Source: a virus. From it: 64,000 nucleotides of DNA. Below are positions 56,211-64,000 of the stretch, piece by piece; within the stretch, counting starts at the first letter, position 1; each line of letters begins with the position of its first letter. The stretch is taken from positions 66,762 through 130,761 of IMG/VR virus record IMGVR_UViG_3300025127_000013; one strand, 5' to 3'. A model generated the notes under the pieces. That model searched no databases. It worked only from the letters and a program-made list of their open reading frames with translations, and was not told where the DNA came from. A program made the translations under genes and the position numbers.

Positions 56211-57614
56211 TTGCAAAGTAAGCCTAATTTCGCAGACTATGGTAAATCATTTCAAGAAAACCTAGTTCAACTGATTTACCAAGATCGACCGTTTGCGGAT
56301 CAGATTACTGAGGTACTGGATCTAAATTTTTTAGAACTGGAATACCTGCGAGTATTTTCACGAAAAATAGTTAGTTATCGTGACAAGTACGGCTCACATC
56401 CATCTGCGAATGCTGTTGCATCAATCCTGAACACTGAGTTAGAGGACGAAGATGAGATTGTCAGATTACAGGTAAAAGAATATTTTACCAAGATTCTGAC
56501 AAAAGATATTGATGGTGATGCTGACTATGTTAAAGAAACTTCACTGGATTTCTGCAGAAAACAAAATCTGAAAGAAGCAATGATGAAGTCTGTTGGCTTG
56601 CTTCAGTCCTGCTCCTTCGATGAGATATCCAAGATTATAAATGATTCACTTGTATTGGGTTCCGAAAATAATTTTGGTCATGACTATCTTGCTGACTTTG
56701 AAGAGAGATACAAGCCCCGCTTCAGAAAGCCAGTAACAACCGGTTGGGACGATATTGATAAGATATGTGGCGGCGGTCTCGGCCGCCAAGAATTGGGTGT
56801 TGTGGTGGCTCCTACAGGAGCCGGCAAATCAATGGTGTTGGTGCATTTAGGAGCCCAAGCGATATTGGAGGGCAAGACTGTTGTGCATTACACTCTTGAA
56901 CTTCAAGACACTGTAGTTGCCTCTAGATATGACAGTTGTATTACTGGTTTCCCACTCTCTAATCTCTTGTCATTCAAAGAAGAGATTTACGAATCTGTTA
57001 AAGATATTGAGGGCAGACTTATAGTAAAAGAGTATCCGACAAAATCAGCCTCAACAAACAGCATTCGATCACACCTCACCAAACTTAAAAAAAGAGGAAC
57101 CGTTCCGGGCATGATTATTGTTGATTATGCTGATTTGCTCAAGCCTGTGGTTATTAGAAAAGAAAAAAGAGCTGAACTTGAGTCAATATATGAGGAACTG
57201 AGAGCCTTATCTACAGAATTTGAGTGCCCTATTTGGACTGCTTCGCAAACTAACCGTTCTGGTTTGAATGCTGAAGTGATTACAATGGAGCAGATTTCCG
57301 AAGCATTTAATAAATGCTTTGTGGCGGATTTTATTATGTCCGTGTCCCGCACTGTTGAGGACAAACAAAATAATACTGGTAAGATTTTTATTGCAAAAAA
57401 TCGTAACGGACCCGATGGGATGATATATAATATCTTTATGGACACTTCTAATGTAAAAATCAGGGTGCTACCTAAGTCTAATACAATCATACCAACCAAT
57501 ACAGGACAACAACCTCCTGTGGCGAGTAATCCAACTTCTCTAACTCCGAAAGAACAAAGAGAAGTTTTACAAGACAAATATGCTAAATTCAGAAAACTAA
57601 AAAGGAAAAAATAA
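56211..57614 (+). CDS. Replicative DNA helicase (gp41/DnaB-like)
   Basis: TTGW..ID, APTGAGKS, YTLEL, IVKEYP, IIVDYADL, WTASQTNR, AKNRNGPDG. Confidence 0.93.
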   Translation: MQSKPNFADYGKSFQENLVQLIYQDRPFADQITEVLDLNFLELEYLRVFSRKIVSYRDKYGSHPSANAVASILNTELEDEDEIVRLQVKEYFTKILTKDIDGDADYVKETSLDFCRKQNLKEAMMKSVGLLQSCSFDEISKIINDSLVLGSENNFGHDYLADFEERYKPRFRKPVTTGWDDIDKICGGGLGRQELGVVVAPTGAGKSMVLVHLGAQAILEGKTVVHYTLELQDTVVASRYDSCITGFPLSNLLSFKEEIYESVKDIEGRLIVKEYPTKSASTNSIRSHLTKLKKRGTVPGMIIVDYADLLKPVVIRKEKRAELESIYEELRALSTEFECPIWTASQTNRSGLNAEVITMEQISEAFNKCFVADFIMSVSRTVEDKQNNTGKIFIAKNRNGPDGMIYNIFMDTSNVKIRVLPKSNTIIPTNTGQQPPVASNPTSLTPKEQREVLQDKYAKFRKLKRKK

Positions 57615-57617
57615 ATA

Positions 57618-59585
57618 ATGAGAACTTTAAGCACCATCAGAAAATTCAGATTGTCCGATTCCTTCGTGGAACCATACAAAACCGCAGAGGTACCTTGGGG
57701 CCCGCTCGGTTATGTAACTTTTAAAAGAACTTATGCCCGTAGGCTGAGTGAAATCGAACCAGATGCCACTGGCACAGAAGAATGGTGGCAAACATGCCGC
57801 CGTGTTATTGAAGGTATGTTCAATATTCAGAAGGAGCATGTCGTCGGCCTTGGCCTTGAGTGGAACGATAATAAGGCCCAGAAAACAGCAAAGGATGCTT
57901 TTGATCGCCTCTTTAATTTGAAGTGGACCCCACCCGGCCGCGGCTTATGGATGATGGGCACTAAATTTGTTGAGGAGCGAACAGGAGCAGCTTTGTTTAA
58001 TTGTGCCTTTCGTTCTACTCAAGACATTGATCGAAAAGGCGGCTACATTTTTTCTTGGATTATGGATGCTTTAATGGTCGGTGTCGGTGTTGGTTTTGAT
58101 ACCAAGGGTGCTGGCACCATCACCATCAAAGAGCCAACATATACTAATGACACACATGTTATTGATGATTCTCGCGAGGGCTGGGTCAACTCCGTTCATA
58201 TTCTGCTTGATGGGTTTTTTCACGGTGCTAATGTTCCGAAGTTTGATTACTCTAATATTAGACCAGAGGGTGCCCCAATTCTTGGTTTTGGTGGCACCTC
58301 ATCCGGTGCAGGACCACTTATTGAGCTTCATGACAATTTAACAGAGCTATATTCTGGCAAGATCGGAGAGCCTATATCCTCTGTGGATATCGTAGACACA
58401 GAAAATTTAATTGGTCGTTGTGTCGTAGCTGGGAATGTTCGTCGCTCTGCAGCCCTTGCGATTGGCGAACATGACGACATTCGTTATCTCGAAATGAAAA
58501 ATGATCAAGAAAAACTGTATCACCACCGGTGGGGCTCCAACAACTCATTTAATGCTGAAGTTGGAATGGATTATGAATGGCATGCCGAACAGTCACAAAA
58601 CAATGGTGAACCGGGTTATATTTGGCTTGAGAATGCCCGTGCATTTGGCCGGATGAAAGACGGAGTGAATTATGATGATGCAGAGGTCATGGGCTTCAAT
58701 CCTTGTGTTGAACAAAGTCTTCACAATGCTGAAATGTGTTGTCTCGTTGAGACCTTTCCTGCAAAGCATGAAGACTATGAAGATTATGTAAAAACACTTA
58801 AGTGTGCTTATCTTTATGGCAAAACTGTCACCCTTGTTAACACCCATTGGCCTGAAACAAATGCTAAGATGCTTAAGAACCGTCGAATCGGCCTGTCTCA
58901 ATCAGGAATTGTACAAGCTTTCAATAAGCACGGCCGCCGCTCAATGATGGAATGGTGTGACGATGCATACGACTATGTTCGCGAATTAGATACGGAATAT
59001 TCCAATTGGCTGTGTGTTCCTAGATCTATTAAGATGACATCTATAAAACCATCTGGTACTGTTTCCCTTCTTAATGGCTCAACCCCCGGTATTCATTTTC
59101 CAGAAAGTGAATTTTATATTCGTCGTATTAGATTTTCCAACTCTTCTCCAATCGTACCACAGCTACAGGAAGCTGGTTACAGAACTGAGAAAGACAAATA
59201 CTCGCCCAACACCACTGTTGTTGAGTTTCCGATCCATGAAGAATTCTTTACAAAAGGCAAAAAAGATGTTAGTATGTGGGAACAGTTAGAGATTGCGGCA
59301 CAATATCAAAACTATTGGGCTGATAATGCTGTATCCGTTACGGTTACTTTTAGAGAAGAGGAATCAGAACAATTAAAAAGTGCACTTGAGATGTATGAAA
59401 CAAGATTAAAAGCTGTTTCTTTTCTGAAATACCAAGACACCGGCTATGAGCAAGCCCCATATGAGCCCATCACCGAGGAGCAATATAAAGAAATGTCGGC
59501 AGAAATCACCCCAATTCAAAGAATAAAAACCGATGTGGCGGGTGTAGGCACAAAATATTGTGACGGTGAGTCATGCGAAATTTGA
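57618..59585 (+). CDS. nrdJ: Class II (B12-dependent, monomeric-type) ribonucleotide reductase
   Basis: RTYAR, PPGRGLW, FNCAF, VVAGNVRRSA, GEPG, NPCVEQ, CCLVE, KPSGTVSLL, C-terminal CDGESC; no NrdB adjacent. Confidence 0.92.
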   Translation: MRTLSTIRKFRLSDSFVEPYKTAEVPWGPLGYVTFKRTYARRLSEIEPDATGTEEWWQTCRRVIEGMFNIQKEHVVGLGLEWNDNKAQKTAKDAFDRLFNLKWTPPGRGLWMMGTKFVEERTGAALFNCAFRSTQDIDRKGGYIFSWIMDALMVGVGVGFDTKGAGTITIKEPTYTNDTHVIDDSREGWVNSVHILLDGFFHGANVPKFDYSNIRPEGAPILGFGGTSSGAGPLIELHDNLTELYSGKIGEPISSVDIVDTENLIGRCVVAGNVRRSAALAIGEHDDIRYLEMKNDQEKLYHHRWGSNNSFNAEVGMDYEWHAEQSQNNGEPGYIWLENARAFGRMKDGVNYDDAEVMGFNPCVEQSLHNAEMCCLVETFPAKHEDYEDYVKTLKCAYLYGKTVTLVNTHWPETNAKMLKNRRIGLSQSGIVQAFNKHGRRSMMEWCDDAYDYVRELDTEYSNWLCVPRSIKMTSIKPSGTVSLLNGSTPGIHFPESEFYIRRIRFSNSSPIVPQLQEAGYRTEKDKYSPNTTVVEFPIHEEFFTKGKKDVSMWEQLEIAAQYQNYWADNAVSVTVTFREEESEQLKSALEMYETRLKAVSFLKYQDTGYEQAPYEPITEEQYKEMSAEITPIQRIKTDVAGVGTKYCDGESCEI

Positions 59586-59592
59586 TGAGGTA

Positions 59593-59823
59593 ATGATGAA
59601 CTTTAATCACTTAGTAGAAAAAGCTGCTTTGAGAGATAAATGTGGAGCTTTGGATACATGTTGCTATTACAGGCCATTAGGTAATGTGCGAACCATGTTA
59701 GGCGAAAATGTTCACTTAACTGTGGTATGCAAAAGGTGCGGTAAGCGAAAAGATGTCTTTTTAACAAAAGAAGAATATTTTACACAACAAAAACTAATTC
59801 ACAAGGAGATAGGAGATGTTTAA
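59593..59823 (+). CDS. Small Cys-containing hypothetical protein
   Basis: RBS GAGG; CKRC motif. Confidence 0.6.
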   Translation: MMNFNHLVEKAALRDKCGALDTCCYYRPLGNVRTMLGENVHLTVVCKRCGKRKDVFLTKEEYFTQQKLIHKEIGDV

Positions 59824-60085
59824 TCCCGTCAACAGATACATATTAATTAAAATGCCACCCAAGCCAGCAGATACAAGTTCTGTTGTTCTTTTGCCAGAAG
59901 ATTACAAACCTGAAGAACAAAGATATTCTGAAGTCACGGTGCTCAGAGCTGCTGATGATGTTAGATTCGATTTATGTCAAAACAATAAAATTATTATTGA
60001 TCGCTCGATGGTTGAGCAAATAACGATTGGTAGCACTAATTACGATGTAATTTTAGACAACTATGTTATAGGAATTACTGAATAA
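59816..60085 (+). CDS. GroES-like co-chaperonin (gp31 analogue)
   Basis: FNPVNRYILI...VVLLPE mobile-loop-like segment, VTVL, KIII, ILDNYVIG; 89 aa. Confidence 0.65.
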   Translation: MFNPVNRYILIKMPPKPADTSSVVLLPEDYKPEEQRYSEVTVLRAADDVRFDLCQNNKIIIDRSMVEQITIGSTNYDVILDNYVIGITE

Positions 60086-60101
60086 AATAAAGTAATATGT
60101 A

Positions 60102-61022
60102 ATGGATAAAAATTTCTACAACGAAGCTTCTGCCAAGAAGCTTGGGTGGGAACCTTCTTGGTTTGGAGAGAAATACTTTGACGATAAATTAGTCAGAGCG
60201 GTAAAAAAATGGCAACGGTCAAGAGGCATAAGTGCGGATGGTCTATGTGGGCCAACAACATTCAGAAGACTGTGGACTGAACGACAGTCCGAGATCGACG
60301 ATTACAAGCCGGGCAATAAGCACTTCTCCAACTACATCGTTTACAATGGTGAATTTTTCCCTATTGAGTGGGACAAGTTTGTTTTATGGTCAGAGAAAGG
60401 TGGAATTGAGACACCGCATGGCAACTATTATGACTATTCTGGTAGACCCAAGAGGAGCATTAGGTATTTTGTAAATCATTGGGATGTCTGTTTAAACTCT
60501 AAATCTTGTCAAAATGTGCTCAATCGTAGAGGAGCCTCCGTCCACTTCCTAATTGACAACGATGGTACAATCTACCAAACAATGGATCTTCAGCATGCAG
60601 CATGGCATGCCGGATCTAGCAGAACAAACCGGCCTTCTATCGGTGTAGAAATATCAAATGCATACTATCCAAAATATCAAGACTGGTATCAAAAACATGG
60701 TTTTGGGGAGAGGCCACTCATTAGTGATGCATGGGTTCATGGCGAAAAGTTAGATACTTTTACAGGGTTTTATCCCGCTCAACTTGAGGCTTTGACTAAA
60801 CTTTGGGAAGCCGTGCACCGAGCCACTGGAATACCATATAAGACTCCTTTAAACCAGTTTGGAAGCACATCTACAAAGTACGAACAACAAGTTGCTTATG
60901 GTAAATTTTCTGGTTTTGTTAGCCATTATCATGTAAGTAAACGAAAAATAGATTGTGCTGGTTTGGATATTAAAACAATGTTAGATGGAATATACTGTGA
61001 TGATGAGGTGTCTAGTGAATAA
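60102..61022 (+). CDS. Endolysin: peptidoglycan-binding domain + N-acetylmuramoyl-L-alanine amidase
   Basis: AVKKWQRSRGISADGLCGPTT (PG-binding); VNHWD, SVHFLIDNDGTIYQ, AWHAG, SIGVEI, SHYH, KIDC (Amidase_2). Confidence 0.88.
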   Translation: MDKNFYNEASAKKLGWEPSWFGEKYFDDKLVRAVKKWQRSRGISADGLCGPTTFRRLWTERQSEIDDYKPGNKHFSNYIVYNGEFFPIEWDKFVLWSEKGGIETPHGNYYDYSGRPKRSIRYFVNHWDVCLNSKSCQNVLNRRGASVHFLIDNDGTIYQTMDLQHAAWHAGSSRTNRPSIGVEISNAYYPKYQDWYQKHGFGERPLISDAWVHGEKLDTFTGFYPAQLEALTKLWEAVHRATGIPYKTPLNQFGSTSTKYEQQVAYGKFSGFVSHYHVSKRKIDCAGLDIKTMLDGIYCDDEVSSE

Positions 61023-61534
61023 TGATAATCAATTTTTTACTGCTGTTGATGGGTTTACAAGTTGCTGACTACACAGAATTGGCAAAAAATCGCACTAATG
61101 AATGGAGAATGGCACCGGGTATAACGGTGTGTACAAATTCTGGAGTACACAGTTTTAGAGTTTCACAGGCGGTTAAATACTGGGAAAAGCTTGGATATAC
61201 ATTTGACTATATCAGGTATGATAGCACAATAAGCTGTGGTGAACCAAGATATGGTGAGATAATAATTTCACTGCCTAACCAAGATTTTAATTTTACAGAT
61301 CATTTGGCTTCAACTAGGATTACCATATCAAATAAGACCAAAGAAATAGTAAAAGCAAAAATATTTGTATTTCCAAGAAATGCTAATAAAGAGCGGGTGT
61401 TAGAGCATGAGCTTGGTCATGCCCTTGGTTGGCCACACATTAATAAGCCATACCACATAATGAATTCAAGTTGGCATACTGGTGGCCATAACTCAAGTGG
61501 ATTAAAACTTTTTTATAAAAATTATGTAGATTAA
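61022..61534 (+). CDS. Secreted metzincin (matrixin/M10-like) Zn-metalloprotease
   Basis: Signal-like MIINFLLLLMGLQVA; HELGHALGWPH (HExxHxxGxxH) and Met-turn HIM. Confidence 0.8.
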   Translation: MIINFLLLLMGLQVADYTELAKNRTNEWRMAPGITVCTNSGVHSFRVSQAVKYWEKLGYTFDYIRYDSTISCGEPRYGEIIISLPNQDFNFTDHLASTRITISNKTKEIVKAKIFVFPRNANKERVLEHELGHALGWPHINKPYHIMNSSWHTGGHNSSGLKLFYKNYVD

Positions 61535-61549
61535 AGTTATAATACATAC

Positions 61550-62425
61550 ATGAAGTTTGAATATGAGAGCATAGTAATTGGCAGTAATTTACGGGCTTTA
61601 TTGTTCGCATTTTACAACAAGTTACCAGTCTTGTTTACTGCAGTGCAAAAACCACACGATTTTGAATTTTTAGATCCATCATGTGACACAAGTTTTTTAA
61701 ACTTGGATAATGCTTTAAAATCTCATGAGTCATTTTCTAAAAATTTTGACTTTGGCGAGAAGCAAGTTTTGTTATGGGAGAGGCTGTACTTTCTGCTGAG
61801 CATGGAGGGATTAATTCCGTTGTCAAACTTGTGCGACACTATTAGATACACAGGCGACTCACTCGTATGTTCAAGCGAGTATGATAAATTATGTGAAATA
61901 ATATTTGACAAATGTTATTATTTCGGTGATAATAGAACTTACAAGTTAATTACTGCAAGGAAAAAACAAAATGCCAGATATAAAGTTTTTGACAGAATTG
62001 GCTTTAATACGGGCGGAAAACACCATATTGACTACATGGAGTCAAGCGATGATTTTGTTAGCAAGGTTTGGTTCTATTCAAGTGACAGAATTTGTGGGAA
62101 TACTGGTGTTAAAGATGCTTGTGCACTTTCAATACTCACTGATGAGCAACTAAACTCGTCATCTTTTACACAAACAATGACTAATTTTAAACTGCTTGAC
62201 CTCTTAAAAAAGAACGGCTTGAAGGGTAGAGTTTATGGTTATAATAAGCATGGCGAATCTCTACACAGAAGTTTTAAGACACATACTATTAGAAGAGACA
62301 AAGTTCTGATCGACACCCCGGAGTGGGATGAGACCACAAATGTTAAAAAGATAAACTTATCGGCTTCTGAATTAATAAAATTAGCCAGCAAATCGGATTT
62401 ATCAAACTACAGTTATTTATTATGA
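61550..62425 (+). CDS. Hypothetical protein, degenerate Rossmann-like N-terminus
   Basis: YESIVIGSNLRALLFA resembles FAD-binding YDxIVIGxGxxGL without the glycines; TATAAT 6 nt before ATG. Confidence 0.6.
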   Translation: MKFEYESIVIGSNLRALLFAFYNKLPVLFTAVQKPHDFEFLDPSCDTSFLNLDNALKSHESFSKNFDFGEKQVLLWERLYFLLSMEGLIPLSNLCDTIRYTGDSLVCSSEYDKLCEIIFDKCYYFGDNRTYKLITARKKQNARYKVFDRIGFNTGGKHHIDYMESSDDFVSKVWFYSSDRICGNTGVKDACALSILTDEQLNSSSFTQTMTNFKLLDLLKKNGLKGRVYGYNKHGESLHRSFKTHTIRRDKVLIDTPEWDETTNVKKINLSASELIKLASKSDLSNYSYLL

Positions 62426-63309
62426 GTCAGAGTTATAGGTTACACATGGCGGGCATCATACCGATTGCTAATATAAAAACTGATCACATTAATACCTTTC
62501 CAGAAGTGTTGTTGCCAGTCAATAATGGACTTTCGGCAATACAAAAATCAGTGTATGAGTGTGCCCTTGCAGGCTGCAGTACAATCTGGATTGTAGCGAA
62601 TGATGATATGGCTCCTATTGTAAGGCACACCATTGGTGATTGGACATATGATCCTGTCTATTATAATAGGATGTCAAAATTCTCTAGCCACGAAAGAAAA
62701 GAAGTGCCTATTTACTATGTTCCTGTTCATCCCAAAGACAGAGATAGAAGAGACTCATATGGTTGGTCGGTCCTTTGTGGCCAAATTACAGCATGGCACA
62801 CATGTCACAGAATTTCGACTTGGCTAACACCAGATAAGTATTATGTGTCATTTCCGCTAAGTTTATTCGATTTTTCGGTCGTTAGGGAAAATAGGAAACT
62901 AATTCGAGACAAGAAAAACAACTTTTTCTTTACATTTAATAATAAAAACATTAAAAATGATTTGCCACTTTCATTTACAATGTTTGGAGAGGATTTCAAA
63001 AAATGCAGAAGACACGTCAACCAAAAAACAACAAAGGAATTTTTACCCCCTTTACCAGACCAGCTTTATCCATCGGAGAAGTTGCCACTGGAGAAGAGGT
63101 GGAGTGCTCGCCACTTCCCTTTGAAAGTTGTTTTCCATTCAGTGAAGACGAGCAAAAAATCGACAAAGATTGAAGTCCCTTGGTTTTATGATGCCAGACA
63201 ATGGTCTGATTACGAAAGATATGTGGGTGCGGAGCATACTATCGATAGGCCATACGAAGAATTAATCAAGCCTCGCAGACACGAAAAATTCCCTTACGAG
63301 ATTCCTTGA
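62422..63309 (+). CDS. Nucleotidyltransferase-like (sugar-phosphate NTase fold), degenerate
   Basis: GIIPIA...PEVLLPV...AI..SV.EC.LAGCSTIWIV matches the RmlA/GalU N-terminal scaffold, lacking GxGTR. Confidence 0.6.
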   Translation: MSQSYRLHMAGIIPIANIKTDHINTFPEVLLPVNNGLSAIQKSVYECALAGCSTIWIVANDDMAPIVRHTIGDWTYDPVYYNRMSKFSSHERKEVPIYYVPVHPKDRDRRDSYGWSVLCGQITAWHTCHRISTWLTPDKYYVSFPLSLFDFSVVRENRKLIRDKKNNFFFTFNNKNIKNDLPLSFTMFGEDFKKCRRHVNQKTTKEFLPPLPDQLYPSEKLPLEKRWSARHFPLKVVFHSVKTSKKSTKIEVPWFYDARQWSDYERYVGAEHTIDRPYEELIKPRRHEKFPYEIP

Positions 63310-63334
63310 CACTGGGATTATAGTTTGTTATAAT
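63306..63334 (+). promoter_or_regulatory. Sigma70-type promoter
   Basis: Perfect TTGACA-N17-TATAAT with extended TG. Confidence 0.85.
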
Positions 63335-63356
63335 AGTGGGTATACGAGGGGTTATT

Positions 63357-64000
63357 GTGAAAGGTTTATCTTTGTTTGCCAATGTTGGTATTGGTGAAAC
63401 TTACTTTGATCAAGTTGGAATTGATGTTGTTGTGGCCAATGAACTTATTGAAGACAGGGCTGAATTTTACAGGTCCATGCATCCCGATACATTAGTTATC
63501 GAGGGTAGCATTCTTGATAACGATGTGTTTGGTTCGATTATTAGGGAATCTCAAAAAAGAGAAGTTGACTTTATTATGGCAACTCCACCATGTCAAGGCA
63601 TGAGTGCGGCAAATGCCAAGAGAGCAGAGAAGAATGATCCACGAAACTCTCTAATCAAAAAAGTTATCCAAGCCACCGAAATATTGAAGCCAAAGTATGT
63701 TTTGATTGAGAATGTTCGTGGAATGGCTAGCGAGAACACATATATTATCGATGATGCTGGTAATAGTGTGAACATCATGCCGCACATTAGCAGCAAGCTC
63801 GGAGATCATTACAACATTGTCTATAAAGTGTTAGATGCTGCTGACTATGGCACTGCTCACTATCGCAAGCGACTGATTACCCTTTTGTCGAGAAAAGACA
63901 TGCCAGCATGGAATCATCCAGAGCCTGAGCAAGACCATATCACCGTTCGTGAATCCATTGGGCATCTACCCAGTTTGGAGTCAGGGCAAGATTCGCTAAT
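63357..64000 (+). CDS. C5-cytosine DNA methyltransferase, 3'-truncated (not in ORF track)
   Basis: GTG after GAGGGG; LSLFANVGIG (motif I), ATPPCQGMS (catalytic PC), IENVRG (motif VI), LDAADYG..H.RKRL (motif VIII); open to window end. Confidence 0.9.
   Translation, partial: MKGLSLFANVGIGETYFDQVGIDVVVANELIEDRAEFYRSMHPDTLVIEGSILDNDVFGSIIRESQKREVDFIMATPPCQGMSAANAKRAEKNDPRNSLIKKVIQATEILKPKYVLIENVRGMASENTYIIDDAGNSVNIMPHISSKLGDHYNIVYKVLDAADYGTAHYRKRLITLLSRKDMPAWNHPEPEQDHITVRESIGHLPSLESGQDSL

Noticed and set aside
63593-63796. Minus-strand ORF at the window end
   Set aside because: The region is occupied by the + strand cytosine methyltransferase, which the track missed because it is truncated
1-64000. 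tRNA/rRNA genes, CRISPR arrays, introns/inteins, stop-codon reassignment, chimallin
   Set aside because: Intergenic gaps are short, with no cloverleaf or spaced repeats; conserved genes are uninterrupted; TAA, TAG and TGA all terminate genes normally; no nucleus-shell protein was recognised

Overview
This window is an AT-rich, gene-dense segment of a large T4-superfamily-like myophage, with every credible gene on the + strand. From 1 to 17 kb it holds baseplate/structural genes, RuvC, UvsE, primase, a fused Mre11-Rad50 (SbcD-SbcC), a tubulin/FtsZ homologue, candidate internal head proteins and a holin/spanin-like trio. The head module follows: terminase, portal, prohead protease, ribosomal protein bS21, an array of paralogous fibre-like proteins, a small Smr protein, scaffold and major capsid protein. 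The tail module comprises neck, terminator, sheath, tube, a chaperone pair, tape measure and baseplate. The last part covers replication and accessory functions: a short family-A polymerase, a second and degenerate tubulin-like protein, gp32, RecA/UvsX, 5'-3' exonuclease, helicase, class II RNR, GroES-like protein, endolysin, a Zn-protease, two pseudo-enzyme-like ORFs and a truncated C5-cytosine methyltransferase. Two promoter classes partition the genes: sigma70-type TTGAC-N16/17-TANNNT before DNA-metabolism genes and a CTAnTTA motif before virion genes. The most notable observations are (i) a shared N-terminal helix (MKITKxxLKxIIxEE) plus [ILV]-x-E sites, suggesting a capsid-targeting and protease-maturation system for cargo proteins; (ii) an intact plus a catalytically degenerate tubulin; (iii) a probable programmed frameshift before the tape measure gene; (iv) apparent avoidance of CCWGG; (v) bS21 and Smr among the late genes, in a phage with non-Bacteroidota expression signals; and (vi) a [S/T]-G-S motif enriched in virion proteins. 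All calls come from motif recognition by eye; no database searches were run.
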